64,000 nt of DNA from an uncultured Gemmatimonadales bacterium (lineage in GTDB: Bacteria > Gemmatimonadota > Gemmatimonadetes > Gemmatimonadales > Gemmatimonadaceae), in NCBI GenBank assembly GCA_963701965.1, contig OY969695.1, positions 800,001 to 864,000 of the forward strand, read 5' to 3'. Under the pieces are notes generated by a model that had not been told where the DNA came from, searched no databases, and worked only from the letters and a program-made list of their open reading frames with translations. The position numbers and the translations under genes were made by a program. How positions within the stretch are numbered: position 1 is the first letter of the stretch; each line of letters opens with the position of its first letter. Of this stretch, positions 1-11,158 are shown one piece after another.

Positions 1-1497
1 CTCCCGTTCGTATACATTGGCTGAACTGACAAGCGCGCGAGACAGAATAGCGACATCCCGCTCGCGCAGGGGCCGCGCATGTTCCGAACCAGCCGAAGCC
101 GGATCGCGCTCGAACACGGGAAAGTCCCCGCGATGGTCAAGCATGGTCCGGATACGTTCCGCGACGAGCGGCGCTGTTGCCGACGCCCCACCACCTCCTG
201 GCGCCAGAAGGAGTTCGATTGCAACACCCGGCGTCTCCGAACGGCCAGACACAAGCGCCCGGTATGGCACATCGAACGTCATCCGAGTAGCCTCGTCCTC
301 ACGACCCATAATCTGCTGCATGCAATCGTCAACGAACGCGATCAGGGCAGGGCGGCTCCGCTGCGAAACCGTCAAGGCGCGAGTCGTTCCGCCTGCGCGC
401 ACCAGTATTCGGCGGGTGGCGGTCCACAAGGAGATGTCTGCTTGACGAAAGCCATAGATGCTCTGTTTTGGATCACCCACACAGATGAATCGCGGGCTCG
501 GCGGACCACCGGGCTGACGGGCAGCGGCGGAGACCCCCGAGAGTCGCATAAGAAGTTCAGCTTGCGGACGGCTCGTGTCCTGATGTTCATCGACTAACAT
601 CAGCCGCACCCGCGACTGGAACGCATTCTGCACCGTGGGCTCGTTCGCGAGCCGTGCTGCCTCCAGCACCACGTGATTATGGTCGAGCGCCCCGCGCATT
701 TTCAAGCGCGCGACATACTGTCGTTCCGCCTTCGTGACAAGATGCAGGACGTCGCGCGCGTAGGGCTCGAGGAGCAGATCAGTCGCTGTCACCTTGACGA
801 GCTCCCGCCAGGCCACCGGCCGTGCCTCCGGCCGCTCGGCAATGTCACGGAGGAGTGCTGCTTGCCCAATCAGTTCTGCCAGCAGCTCCCGAGACCGCAC
901 GTACCCATAATGCCGTACGAAGAAGAGCGCCCCCGAGTCGCCCGCCCGGACACCGCTGAGAATTTCTGCGGCGGCCACTTCGGCCTGCAGCTCCGACGCC
1001 TCGCCGCCCTCCAAGATCTCGAATCCAGTTTCGATGCCGAGGATGGCACCATGGTCCCGCACGATACGGCCCGCAAACGAGTCGATGGTCCCCACAGCCA
1101 CATCATCGAGCAGAAACGCCTGCCTGGCCCATCGCTCGCGGTCACGGCCTTCAGCCGCGCCGGCACGCTGAATGAGCTGTCGACGCAATCGGTCACGGAT
1201 CTCGGCGGCTGCTTTCCTCGCGAATGTGATAGCCACAACTCCGTCGATGTCCAGTGCGGCCGGCGGGCCATGGCCAAGCTCCGGATAAAAACCCAATTCA
1301 TATAAGATCTTCGCTACAAGCAGCGTCGTCTTCCCCGTTCCTGCTCCAGCCTCGACGAGTTGGTGCCCACTGCAGTCAAGGACGACGGCCAGTTGCTCTG
1401 GTGTGAGCAACTTCGTCGGAAGAACGCCGCATTGCGCATCCGGTAGCGTGTCCGTAAGTGACGCCGCCGATGCGTGTCGCTCGTCCCAGGAACTCAT
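1..1497 (-). CDS. AddA/UvrD-like SF1A helicase (helicase-nuclease subunit A), runs off the window edge
   Basis: Translated by hand because it has no stop in the window and is absent from the ORF track. ATG at 1497 overlaps the upstream TGA (ATGA). Motifs: LTPEQ, EAGAGTGKT (Walker A), AITFARKAAAEIRDR, VGTIDSF, LVDEHQDTS (Walker B), VGDPKQSIYGFRQAD, DVAILSR. Confidence 0.9.
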   Translation of the reverse strand, partial: MSSWDERHASAASLTDTLPDAQCGVLPTKLLTPEQLAVVLDCSGHQLVEAGAGTGKTTLLVAKILYELGFYPELGHGPPAALDIDGVVAITFARKAAAEIRDRLRRQLIQRAGAAEGRDRERWARQAFLLDDVAVGTIDSFAGRIVRDHGAILGIETGFEILEGGEASELQAEVAAAEILSGVRAGDSGALFFVRHYGYVRSRELLAELIGQAALLRDIAERPEARPVAWRELVKVTATDLLLEPYARDVLHLVTKAERQYVARLKMRGALDHNHVVLEAARLANEPTVQNAFQSRVRLMLVDEHQDTSRPQAELLMRLSGVSAAARQPGGPPSPRFICVGDPKQSIYGFRQADISLWTATRRILVRAGGTTRALTVSQRSRPALIAFVDDCMQQIMGREDEATRMTFDVPYRALVSGRSETPGVAIELLLAPGGGGASATAPLVAERIRTMLDHRGDFPVFERDPASAGSEHARPLRERDVAILSRALVSSANVYERE

Positions 1498-4400
1498 TGT
1501 GCCCGCTGCGGTTGCCGGTCGCCAGACACTGCCTGCGTCGCGGCATTGAAGTCTGGCAAGGAGACAGCGACAGGCATCGGCGACCGACCACGTCCGGGAG
1601 CCATGTGGGGCGTCTTTGACGCTCGGCACACCTCTCCTAACGGACAGCCAAAGCAGTCTCGATCTGCCTGCGGAACGAAATCCCCACCGCGCATCCCGCC
1701 AACGAGATCCGCCGCGCGCTTGGACGCGGCGGCAGCAGCAGCGATGATGGGATCCTTTCGCCCATTGTACCATGGGTCGAGTGTCAGTCCGTTGCCATGG
1801 ACGGAAAGCGTCGCGGCAGCAAAGAGGCGAGGGTCGGCGTTTAGCGCCGTGTGCATCTCCACCGAAGCCGAACACGCGCTTGCGGAAGTGCGATGCCGCT
1901 ATCCGAGCATAGAGAGGCAATTGTAATTCGCGCCCAGCGAGATACGCCTCACGCTCACGCTTCAGGCGCCAGCCGCGCGGGTCGCGTGCGGTTTTGTAGT
2001 CCCGAAGGATCAACATTCCCTGCACTGCGTTCGGGAGCCTCGGGTCACGGATCGCTTCCACGCGGTCGATCTTGCCGTGGAGACGAAAACGTATTCCGCC
2101 TTCAGATATCACTACTGGGGCGCCATATCCCACACGCGCCTCCACCGCCACAAGATCTGTCGCGATCATAAGCGACCTCGCGTCAGTCGCTGCCGCTAGC
2201 ATGCCTGAGAGGTCGCGACGGACGAAGTCGCGCAACACGTCAACGACGAACTCCCGATCAAGCTCTCGCAGCTCATCGTGGGCGGAGGGCGTTGACTCTT
2301 GCACGCAACTCCCCGCGACGGCCGCCAGACGAGCCAAGGCGGCGCTGATGTCCCCCGCGTGCCGTGGCGGAAGCATTCCATCGCGCGCCAGGTCGCGGTA
2401 CAGCCGCTCAAGAATGGCGTGTTGTAGCGTGCCAAACGCGGCAGCCTCGTTGTAATCCTCAGGATCGTCGCCTCCGCGTAAGCCTAGAAGGCGGGTCGCG
2501 AAGAACCGGAAGTGACACCGCTCGTAGAGTGCGAGCTCGCTTGGACTGAACGTCGCGTCGTCAGAGGCGATGTCTTCTGGAATCGCTGCCACGGGGAAAC
2601 GGCCAGCGAACGACGCACTAAGCCCCCCTATCGCCCCATGACTGAGTCGCGCATGTTGAGCGTCCCACAAATCGAGAACGCGCTCGGTCGCGCCGCTGGT
2701 GAGCCATGCGGCCAAGAGAGGATCCGCGGCGATAACGTCGCGGACTGCGCCGGCAGCGGCAGGCGGCGTCATTGGCCGTCGATGAACGTATTCGCGGTAA
2801 CGCGTTGCAGCCAACGCATTAACATTTGCCCATGCGTGGACATCCTCCACCCTGGTCGGCATTAGTTCCCTCGCCGCGAGCTGAATGACTCGAAACCCGG
2901 CCAATCGAAGTGGCACCGCGTTCACGAAGAGCGATGGCACGAGCGCCTTGCCCCGTTGGTCGGACGCAGGGGCGAGCAACACAAGTGCCTCCCTCGCGGT
3001 GGCAACCGCGAGATGAAACAAGTGGCGCTCCCTCGCGGCGCGATCCTCATTGGTCGGCAACCGCAGGGCGCGACGTTCCAGGTCCGACACGACATGCTCA
3101 TTGAGATCGGCACGAATCGGGAATTCGCCCTCGGCGAGCCCTACCACGTAGACATGTCGCCAGCTGCGAAATGCCGCATCGTGCGGATCAACCACGTGCA
3201 CCGCCTCGCGCGGATACGTCGTGTTCCGCACGAGCGTCGCACGCGACAGGGCGTCCAGCTCCTCCAGCCAGGCAGCCGCGTCCATCGGAGTGTCCGCCAA
3301 CGCTGCCACCTGCCGTCCGAGGAGCCACTCGGATGCGGCCTGCGTCAGCGCATTTAATCCATCAATGTCGTCGCGAGCGAGTTCGGCACGCCGGTCGTGG
3401 GGAATGCGTTCGTCGCCCACCGTAACGCGTTCGATGGGGAGCCATCTCGCGATGACATTCCGGAGCGATTCGACCCAGGTTGATGGACGTTGCGTAGCGG
3501 CAGCGCCGGTTGCCGCAGCGAGACCGTCCACAAAAGTACGGAACGCGGTCGCCAGCCCATGGAGCTCATCCACGGCCGCTAGGGACTGGTTCCGGGCATC
3601 GTTCTCAAGAAGCCCGAACCAGCCTGCGGCGCCGGTCGCGGGCGATGCCCCGTCAGCAATGTGTCCCAAGAGCGTCGTGTTGAGACCCAACGCGAGATAC
3701 GGCGACCCCGCAGCCGCCAGCACGTCTCGCACGTGCCAGTTGCCTGCGACGAGGCGAAAGACCAGGATCGCAGCACGTACGGCCGGTATGGCGGCCAACG
3801 CCGTCTGGCTGGATGCCTAGGCAGGCAGCCCCCGATCCGTCAGCGCTTGCACAACATTGGTCGCGATGTCCTCTGTGCGACGCGCAATGATTGCGACGTC
3901 GCTAGATCTCAACGTCGGGTCGGTGAGCAGAGATCGCTTTATTTCGTTCGCGAGCCAATCGATTTGTAGCTGACGGTCGGGAACGACAACAGCCCGCACC
4001 GCCCCCGTAAGAGCCGCTGGTGGACGTCTATACGCAAAGGGATCAGTCGCGAGCGCATGGAGGTCCGGGGCCACCCGTTGGCTTCCTGAAACTATGGTCC
4101 GCACGCTTCCACCCAGGTCAGACCAGCGATTGACAAGTGCGTCGTTGGCGTGGGTGGGCCACGCCGAGACCAAGGCCTCGTCGGGCATGACCAGAGCTAG
4201 ACGAACCCGTGACACATCCGCGCGTACGCAAAGACCGGCGGCGAGGCGGATGCCGACATCCATGGGACTTACGGCGTCGAATCCCAGGAAGGTGAATGAG
4301 CTGACGCCAAACGGCGGGGGCACGAGTCTCGCCTGTTCGGCCGCGCTGATGGCGCGACCCTTTGGACCAACGAACGCCTCGGCACGCATCGCTGCAGGTA

Positions 4401-4901
4401 ACGGCGGTAGACCTCTGCCAGGACCGATGCGCGGTCCGACAACGCTGGCACGCCAGGATTCTGACCCCGAAGTGCCTCCTCGAGGGCCTCTGCCGTCCAG
4501 CCAAAGGGTTCTAAGTCCGCGAAGAGACGGGTGAGCGAGCGGAGCGTGGCGTCGCCGACCCGTGACCCAACAACGTTGCCCTTGAAACGTTTTCCGCCAG
4601 ACTCGGCATGCAGATCGAGAATGATGGCCGCAATGACCTGTCGCACCTGGAGCGCCGTCAACGTTCGCGACGGATCCAACTGCAGCGCATAGTGCTCGAC
4701 GAGCGAGTCGAGACTGACGACTTTTGGGCCCGCCCAGGCGCCAGACGGAACCATCTCCACCACTCGTTGGATCACGTCGCGCTGCAGCGGGACTCGTGCA
4801 ATCACCAGGCACGCGCGATCACCATCAGAAACGACGTCCGCGACGACCCGGTCCAAGAGGGCTGACGGATCTTCCGACGTCAGAAGTTCGAGTCGAAGCA
4901 T
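1494..4901 (-). CDS. AddB/RexB-like inactive-helicase plus PD-(D/E)XK nuclease with Fe-S cluster; interrupted as sequenced
   Basis: Reconstructed across a frameshift near 4391, an in-frame TAG at 3817-3819 and a frameshift near 1860. Contains DVAIIAR, VVGLAEGEFP, FSPSELALYERCHFRFF, FGTLQHAILE, GKIDRVE, RDYKT, ELQLPLY and C-terminal CFGCPLGEVC. Confidence 0.85.
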
Positions 4902-6148
4902 AGGCGCTATGTGGTCAAGGAGGACGCCGCTTCCACGGCCCGTGGTAGTTCACGACGTTCATTCGGCCCCGCCGGCCCAATCGGCCGCCAACCGGAAACC
5001 GCAACGCTTGCCGGCCGCGCGAATCCCCCGGCGGCGGTGGGTCATGATTTCGCCGGACAAGATGCATCGGGGTGACCCGGACGGTAAGATGCGCCGCCCG
5101 ACAAGGGGCGCACCGTGCGCCAGGTCACCAGCCATGCTAGCCTCCGGGCTTCGTTTGTCATCACCGGCGTGAACTTCAGCCGGCGTTGACACGCCCCAAT
5201 TCCGGTGAGGAGGCCGAGGCGCAGGTCGCTCGGTCCGCGGCCCGAGCTGGTCGGTGCGACGTGGAAATGCTCGACCGTCGCGCATCGGTCTCCGAATCCG
5301 CAGTCCCTGCGATGTCCGGTTAAGCCCTCACGCGCTGCATGTCCGACGGTATGTCCGATAGGGGCGGGTGGACTCCTGCCCGCCGGCATTGGTACGGTGT
5401 CGTAGCGAGCCATCTTCGCTCGCCTCGCCACGTACGGGCCGGCGAACCGCGATCCACTTTCGAGTATGCGGTACGACGGATCCGATGGATCCGAGTCACT
5501 TGATGCGTTAGGTCACCGGCTGACGAGGCGTCCTGCTGGCACTGAACACGGCAGACCTCATTGACCCAGCGAGCGCACTCCAGAGATTCGCGCACTCCGA
5601 AGCTGCGGCCAGCGCGTTTGTCGACCTACGTGCAGCCGACACAACTTGCCTCGACCTGGACGGCGACCCGGACGCATTCAGGGCGCACCTCGCGTCTTTG
5701 TCTCAGACGTAGGACGCCATCAATCTTTCGGTTTTGCGGAAGTGTTGGTTGACTGGAACATCAATATGGAGAGGGCCTCGCAGCAGGCGCCGCCAACGCT
5801 GATCGCGAGCGTCCTGATCCCCCAGCCTTACCGCACGCAAGTCCGAGTGGCGCGACGGGGCCAGTTTGGACGCTGAGGGTCGGCCCGTCGCACCGGCCGA
5901 CGAGACGATGGACGGTGGATAATGCGACGGTCGGGACAAAGAGCAATAGCTGCACTCTGCCCCGTGACGGGCGAGAATTCCGGTACGGGCGACACTACGC
6001 AGCAGGCCGAAGTCGCCTGCCAGCGTGCTTGGCGCCTCGCCGCAACGACGACCAGCGGTGCTACGTGAGCGCGGCGGGGGCACGTGGCGCCTCCGTTCTC
6101 GGCGCCTGCTGCAGTGCCACGGAGACGAAACTTCCTCAGGGAGGCGTC

Positions 6149-8206
6149 ATGCTCGATTGGTTCCGACGCGATAAGTCAAGCACTAAAGAGGAGACCAAAG
6201 TCGGGACAGCCTGCACGCCGGGGGCGCCAGGCGACAGCGCTGCACCGCAGGGGCCCACCCAGCACGACGACGGCGCCGGCACCGCAGTGGCGCGGCTCGG
6301 CGGCGCCATGGACTACCTCGCCACCCCCGCTGTGGCCGCGTACTTCGACGCCCGCGAACACGAAGCGTACTATCACGCGCTGAAGCACGTCGGCCCCCGC
6401 CGTGACTTCCACGAGCGGATCATCGCGGTCGGCACACGGTTCATCTAGCTCACTGACAGTGAGGGCGGGACAGTAGCGGTGGATCGCGCAATGGCGACTG
6501 CGCACGGGCGCCATAACCGGACGACCGCGGGAAACCGGCTCGCGAGTGCGCGGGGCCAGCACCCGCGCGGTGTCGAGTTGCTCGGGCTCGTCGAGCCGCT
6601 CACGTATGAATCCCTGAAGGCCGCGTACCGCATCGCTGCCCGCCGTAACCATCCCGATGCGGGCGGTGATCACGACGCGATGGTGGCGGTGAACGAGGCG
6701 TTCAGCCTCGCGCACAACCTACTGCGGGAAGAGCAGGTCGCTGGCGGCGACAATGGCCGTGGCGTGCTGTTCGGCAATGTGGTCGAGCCCCGAGACTGCG
6801 CGGACTACCGATACGTCTGTGGGGAGCTGCTCTTCTTGGCCACGCTCGACGACTGGAACGTCGACGTGGCACTGGGTTGGCTGGATCGCCTCACGTCCGC
6901 CGAGTGGCAGCAGTGCCACTACGCGCAAGACCGCCAACAGCGCCTAGCGTTGACCGAGCCGGCCGGGCGACTCGCGACTCGACTCGCAATCGCGCAGCGC
7001 ACCGCGGGGGCGCGGAGATCGCTCGCGGTGGCGCAGGAGGCGCTACGCGTCGCGAAGGCGGAGGGGCTCTCCTACGACCATTACGTCCGCGAGCCCGAGG
7101 CAGTCCTCGCCGGCACCAAGCGCTCGCAGGTCGTCATCAACCACCCGCGCCAGGCCGAGAACGCGCTCCGCCTCGGCCTCATTGACGAGAGACGGTACCG
7201 GAGGTCACTGGAGAAGTGCGCGGCGGAGGCTGAGGAGCACGGTACCGTCGAAGAGCAGCTGCGGAGGGTTCAGTCCCCAGGCGGGTTCGTCGCCGACTTG
7301 CCGACCGACCGCCTGGCGAGGGGCAAGGTCGTGCGGAGCAGTCTTGTGCCGGAACCCGGCTACTTCGTCACGCGAATTGCGCAGCTTACGGACGACCAGC
7401 AGGCCGAGTACCTGCGTGCGTTCGGTGGCGGGGCTCCGCTCGGGTTCATGCGGAAGTACACATTTGTGCGTTTGGTGAGCCTGCTCGAGTCCGTGCTTTT
7501 CCGCCCAGGTGAGGCTGATTCCGCCTCGGCCGCGCGTGAGGCCACCGTCTTGGGATCGCTCCACACTGGTAGCGGCATGGCGTACGCCGCCGCCGTCGCG
7601 GAAGCCCTCACCGATCTCGGGTCGCGGCCCAGTGACGAGCGACGGGAGCGCGCCGCGATCCTCTCCGCCATCGAGAGCAGCGCCCGTCACTCGTCCGGCG
7701 GCATCCTCGGCTTCGGGGGCTCGCCTCTCGGGATGCCGCTCACCGCGGACTACATGAAGCTGATCCGGCGCCCGCTCGGCGACCTGCGCGTACTCCAGCA
7801 GCGTGGGGTACTCGCGGAGGGCGCTTCCGACCACCGAGAGCGCGAAGCTTGGTCTCGGGACATGGATGCCTTGCGGGCCCCCGACGTGGTGGCCTCCCAG
7901 GGGGTGGCCTTCGCCACCATGGACAACGCGAAGGCCGCCCCAGACCGCGCCGTCGACACATGGGCTCGGCACTGCGAGATGCTGCTGGAGCTCGGCGAGT
8001 CGATGGTGCACGTCGAGCAGTTGCAGCTGGGGTACTGGATCGACCGACTCACTGCCGCGCTCGTGCGCCTGAAGCGATGGGACGACGCACTGACGTGGCT
8101 AGAACGGTACTCGGGTCTCCCGGACAGGTACCGCGGGCGCTCGAGCCCCTCCGAGGATGGGCGCTTGCGGAAGCGTCTCGACCGCTGTCGCGGCAAGGTG
8201 ACGTAG
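6149..8206 (+). CDS. Large J-domain (DnaJ HPD motif) protein with helical/TPR-like C-terminus; in-frame TAG at 6446-6448
   Basis: GGGAGG RBS before ATG 6149. ORFs 5915-6448 and 6479-8206 share a frame. J-domain signature LKAAYRIAARRNHPDAGGDHDAMVAVNEAF. Confidence 0.75.
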
Positions 8207-8249
8207 CGGCGCACCGGCCGGCGTGTAGATGAGGAACCGATGACCTGCG

Positions 8250-9333
8250 GCCATCCAAACGACGGACGCCCGGCGAGGGGCGCCAGGCGGTGGGCCTCGT
8301 CGCGCGCGAAGAGCCCACCGTCGGGGGCTCCCCCGTCGTGCCGTGCGTCCGTCCGTCGGCGACGTCGCGCGTCCATGCCACCAGGTGCGCCTCGAGCGCG
8401 GCGAACGACGCGAAGCGATGTCCCGCCACGGCGTTCGCCTTCACGTAGCCCACGCCGCGCTCGTCCTTCCCCTTGGTCCGGGCCCGATACGCCGCGCACG
8501 CAACCGGCCGGACGCCCCAGTGCTGCGCGAACGCGAGGAAGCGCGGGTCGAAGACCGCCGGCACGGTTGCGCGCCGCGCGCGGTGAGCACGAGCGGCTTC
8601 GTATTGTCGACGAGCACCGTCACCGGCATCCCGCCGAACGCGTGGAACGTCCTCTCCAGCCCCTTGAACCAGGCCGTCTGCCGCTCGTGCCGGAAGACGC
8701 GCACATGACAGCGGCGCGAGTATCCGAGCGTCGCGACGAAGAAGTACAGCCGCTCCGGCACGCCGTCGAGCACGACCCGGCGCTCGCCGAAGTCGATCTG
8801 CAACTGCTCGCCCGGCGCCCTCTCGAAGCGGACCGTCGCCCGTGCCTCGGCCCGGAGCACCTGGCGGAGCGGGGCGACCGCCCGTTCAACCGCGCGGAGC
8901 GAGGCGTCGACGCCGTGCACGCGGGCGAGCTCCTGCCGGACGACGTCCGCGTTCCCGCGGTGCTGGTAGAACTGCGCGGTGATCCAGTCCGCATACGCGG
9001 CGAGGCGACCGGGCCGTGGAGGACGCCCCCCAGGGCCCCAGCCGCCCTGCGCCAGATAGCGCTTCACGGTGTTCCGGGCGCAGCCGACCTCGGCGGCGAT
9101 CCGCTTCGAGCCCCAGCCGAGGGCGTGGAGGCGCAGGAGCACAGCGACATCATGGGGGTCCGCACAGCATCCACGTCCGCAGGTGGCGAAGCCGCGGCGG
9201 CTGGCCGGGATGGGGACGACGTCGAACACGGGACCAGGCGAGGGGCGTTCCACGGGACCAACCTCCGCAGCATCAGGGTGGGGGGGTCAATTCCACGTGT
9301 CGCCAGGGGGTCAGTTTACCGTGTCGCCCGACA
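8250..9333 (-). mobile_element. istA: Truncated IS21-family element (istA fragment and one terminal repeat, no istB)
   Basis: IstA motifs LGWGSKRIAAEVGCARNTVKRY, RFERAPGEQLQIDFG, TLGYSRR, LVDN and TKGKDERGVGYVK lie in shifted frames. The end is 5'-TGT at 9333, with tandem GGGGGTCA...GTGTCGCC repeats at 9282-9304 and 9306-9328. Confidence 0.85.
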
Positions 9334-9405
9334 GCGGGTACCGGCTGCCGACCCATGGTTGGTGTGTCCCGGGCTCGGCACTCGAGACCTTCCGTGCGCG
9401 TACTG

Positions 9406-9651
9406 TCAGCCTAGGTGCCACCAGCCGAGGATGAGGCCGACCACGGCGATTACGAGCACCCCGACCAGAGAGACTAAGCATCCGACCTGTTGGTTTAGGC
9501 TACTCAGGTGGGACACGAGCAGCACGACATCCTGCCGCGTGTGGATGATCGCCTGCCGCAACTCCTGAGCGGAGTGGTCGGTCACCTGCTTCGCCTCATC
9601 CCATTTCACGTCGCGTTGCAACTTCGCTGCTCGCGTGTCGAACCAGGCCAT
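9406..9651 (-). CDS. Small hypothetical protein with C-terminal transmembrane helix
   Basis: MAWFDTRAAKLQRD... with hydrophobic tail VSLVGVLVIAVVGLILGWW. Confidence 0.55.
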   Translation of the reverse strand: MAWFDTRAAKLQRDVKWDEAKQVTDHSAQELRQAIIHTRQDVVLLVSHLSSLNQQVGCLVSLVGVLVIAVVGLILGWWHLG

Positions 9652-9837
9652 TGCAGTCCCCGGCATAAGTTCGTGCCTCAAAACGACTAGCTTGACGACA
9701 CGGTCACGAGACCACCACCCCGCCGACGGGGCGACGGTCGAACGTCGATCGTTGCCACTCGGTACAGTCAGTGCTTCAGTCGCGGCGCGAAGCTCTCTGG
9801 TGGTACGCCTAACTCTGATACGACGCACCTAAACGGG

Positions 9838-10264
9838 TCACACCTGACTCTCCAGCACCGTGATGGCGCTGCTTGATCTGATGGCCTGCCAAACCCGGTC
9901 TCGCAGCTGCGCGAAGGCGTGAGAGTCCCGCCGATGAAACAGTCGCTTGATCAGATTGAGTCCGGCCATCGTAGGTTACCGACACAACGCACCGCCCAGG
10001 CGTCTCTTGGGGACCCTCGCCGACGAAGCTGAGCGCGATCCAGAACGGGTCTTCACCGTGGTTGGCCCAGAAGCCCCAGCCATAGTCCTCTTGGATCGGA
10101 TCAGACAGGGTGAAATCAACGCCGACGAGTGTCGACAGCTCGTGTTTGAGCCATGCCGCGAGATCTTCGCCGAAGCAACAGGGGTTGATGAAGTGCGGAC
10201 CTACTTTCCGGTGCTCGAATAGGTCGGTTTCGATCGTGATGCTGTCGTCCAAGAGGTCAGGCAC
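9838..10264 (-). CDS. Hypothetical protein, frameshift near 9965
   Basis: Protein-like N-terminus (FINPCCFGEDLAAWL...IQEDYGWGFW) continues in a shifted frame as GLNLIKRLFHRR...LESQV-stop at 9838. Confidence 0.6.
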
Positions 10265-10297
10265 CGATCGAGGTGTGTGTCACGCGACTCGCCTCTT

Positions 10298-10666
10298 CTA
10301 CTGATCGGCGGTATACACGTAGTGAAACGCGCCGTCCGTCCTATCGGGCCATCTCGACGGATCTTGGCTATACATCCCGGACTCACCAAACTTCTCACTC
10401 ACCACGAGGCGTGCCGGGAGCATGTTGTAAGGCTCCTTCCGACGCCCGGCGCCGGGACCGCCGTGGTATACGACGTCGACAATCGTGGTCGGACCCGGAG
10501 CACCGCGCAAACGCCTTTCTTCGCAGTCAAGCACGCGGCGGCCCATCGTGTGCTCGTCGTCGCTTGGAGACCACGTACCCGCGTGATACGCGGCGGCGTC
10601 GCTGCCATTGGTGTACATCAAGAATCCAGTGGGGCCGCCGTCATGATTCACCTGGTGAACCTGCAC
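10298..10666 (-). CDS. Hypothetical protein
   Basis: 122-aa ORF with plausible composition, co-oriented with its neighbours; no recognised motif. Confidence 0.35.
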   Translation of the reverse strand: MQVHQVNHDGGPTGFLMYTNGSDAAAYHAGTWSPSDDEHTMGRRVLDCEERRLRGAPGPTTIVDVVYHGGPGAGRRKEPYNMLPARLVVSEKFGESGMYSQDPSRWPDRTDGAFHYVYTADQ

Positions 10667-10852
10667 CGTGAAGGTCCGCAGTCCGGCGTGCCATCGGCCT
10701 CAAGCATAAACTGTCGCAACAACATAGCCACTCCCTATGTTCGGGTTTTGTACGGTAGTGGCTCACGGCCTCATTGGCAAGAGTGGCCGCCAGGAGGTGT
10801 ATTGTAATTTGCACTACAACCAGCTATCGTTCCTGCACGAGGAGACAGAGCT

Positions 10853-11158
10853 ATGACCACAAATGCCGAACGTAAAGAGCATCCAATCTCGATGCGCCTG
10901 CCTGAAGCCGACATCGCGATAATTGATCGCGCAGCCCTCTTGCGGGGCAGTTCACGCACGGATTTCGTTCGCGAGGCGGCCGTCCGCGCTGCAGAGACCG
11001 TGCTGCTGGAGCGCGGACTTATCCGGATGAGCCCGAAAGGGTTCGCCCATTTCGTTGCTGCCCTCTCGGGGCCAGCGACACCGGTGCCGGAACTGGTTGA
11101 ACTGGCGAGGCGCCCCGCCCCGTGGGAGACAGGCTACCGAGCCAAGACCAAGCGCTGA
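10853..11158 (+). CDS. DUF1778 (TacA/AtaR-like) RHH antitoxin
   Basis: GAGGAG RBS; ISMRLPEADIAIIDRAALLRGSSRTDFVREAAVRAAE...APWE; directly upstream of a GNAT gene. Confidence 0.9.
   Translation: MTTNAERKEHPISMRLPEADIAIIDRAALLRGSSRTDFVREAAVRAAETVLLERGLIRMSPKGFAHFVAALSGPATPVPELVELARRPAPWETGYRAKTKR

Noticed and set aside
4909..6100. Short ORFs and a possible degraded gene (about 5520-5876) between addB-like and the J-domain gene
   Set aside because: Fragmented with stops and no recognisable motif; no call can be supported.
9282..9328. Short direct repeats resembling a mini CRISPR or iteron
   Set aside because: Two units with no spacer at an IS21 end are standard transposase-binding repeats; no cas genes are present.
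9800..9840. GTTAGGC core-like site between small genes, suggesting integron cassettes
   Set aside because: No paired R''/L boxes of attC length, no repetition between other genes and no IntI-type integrase.
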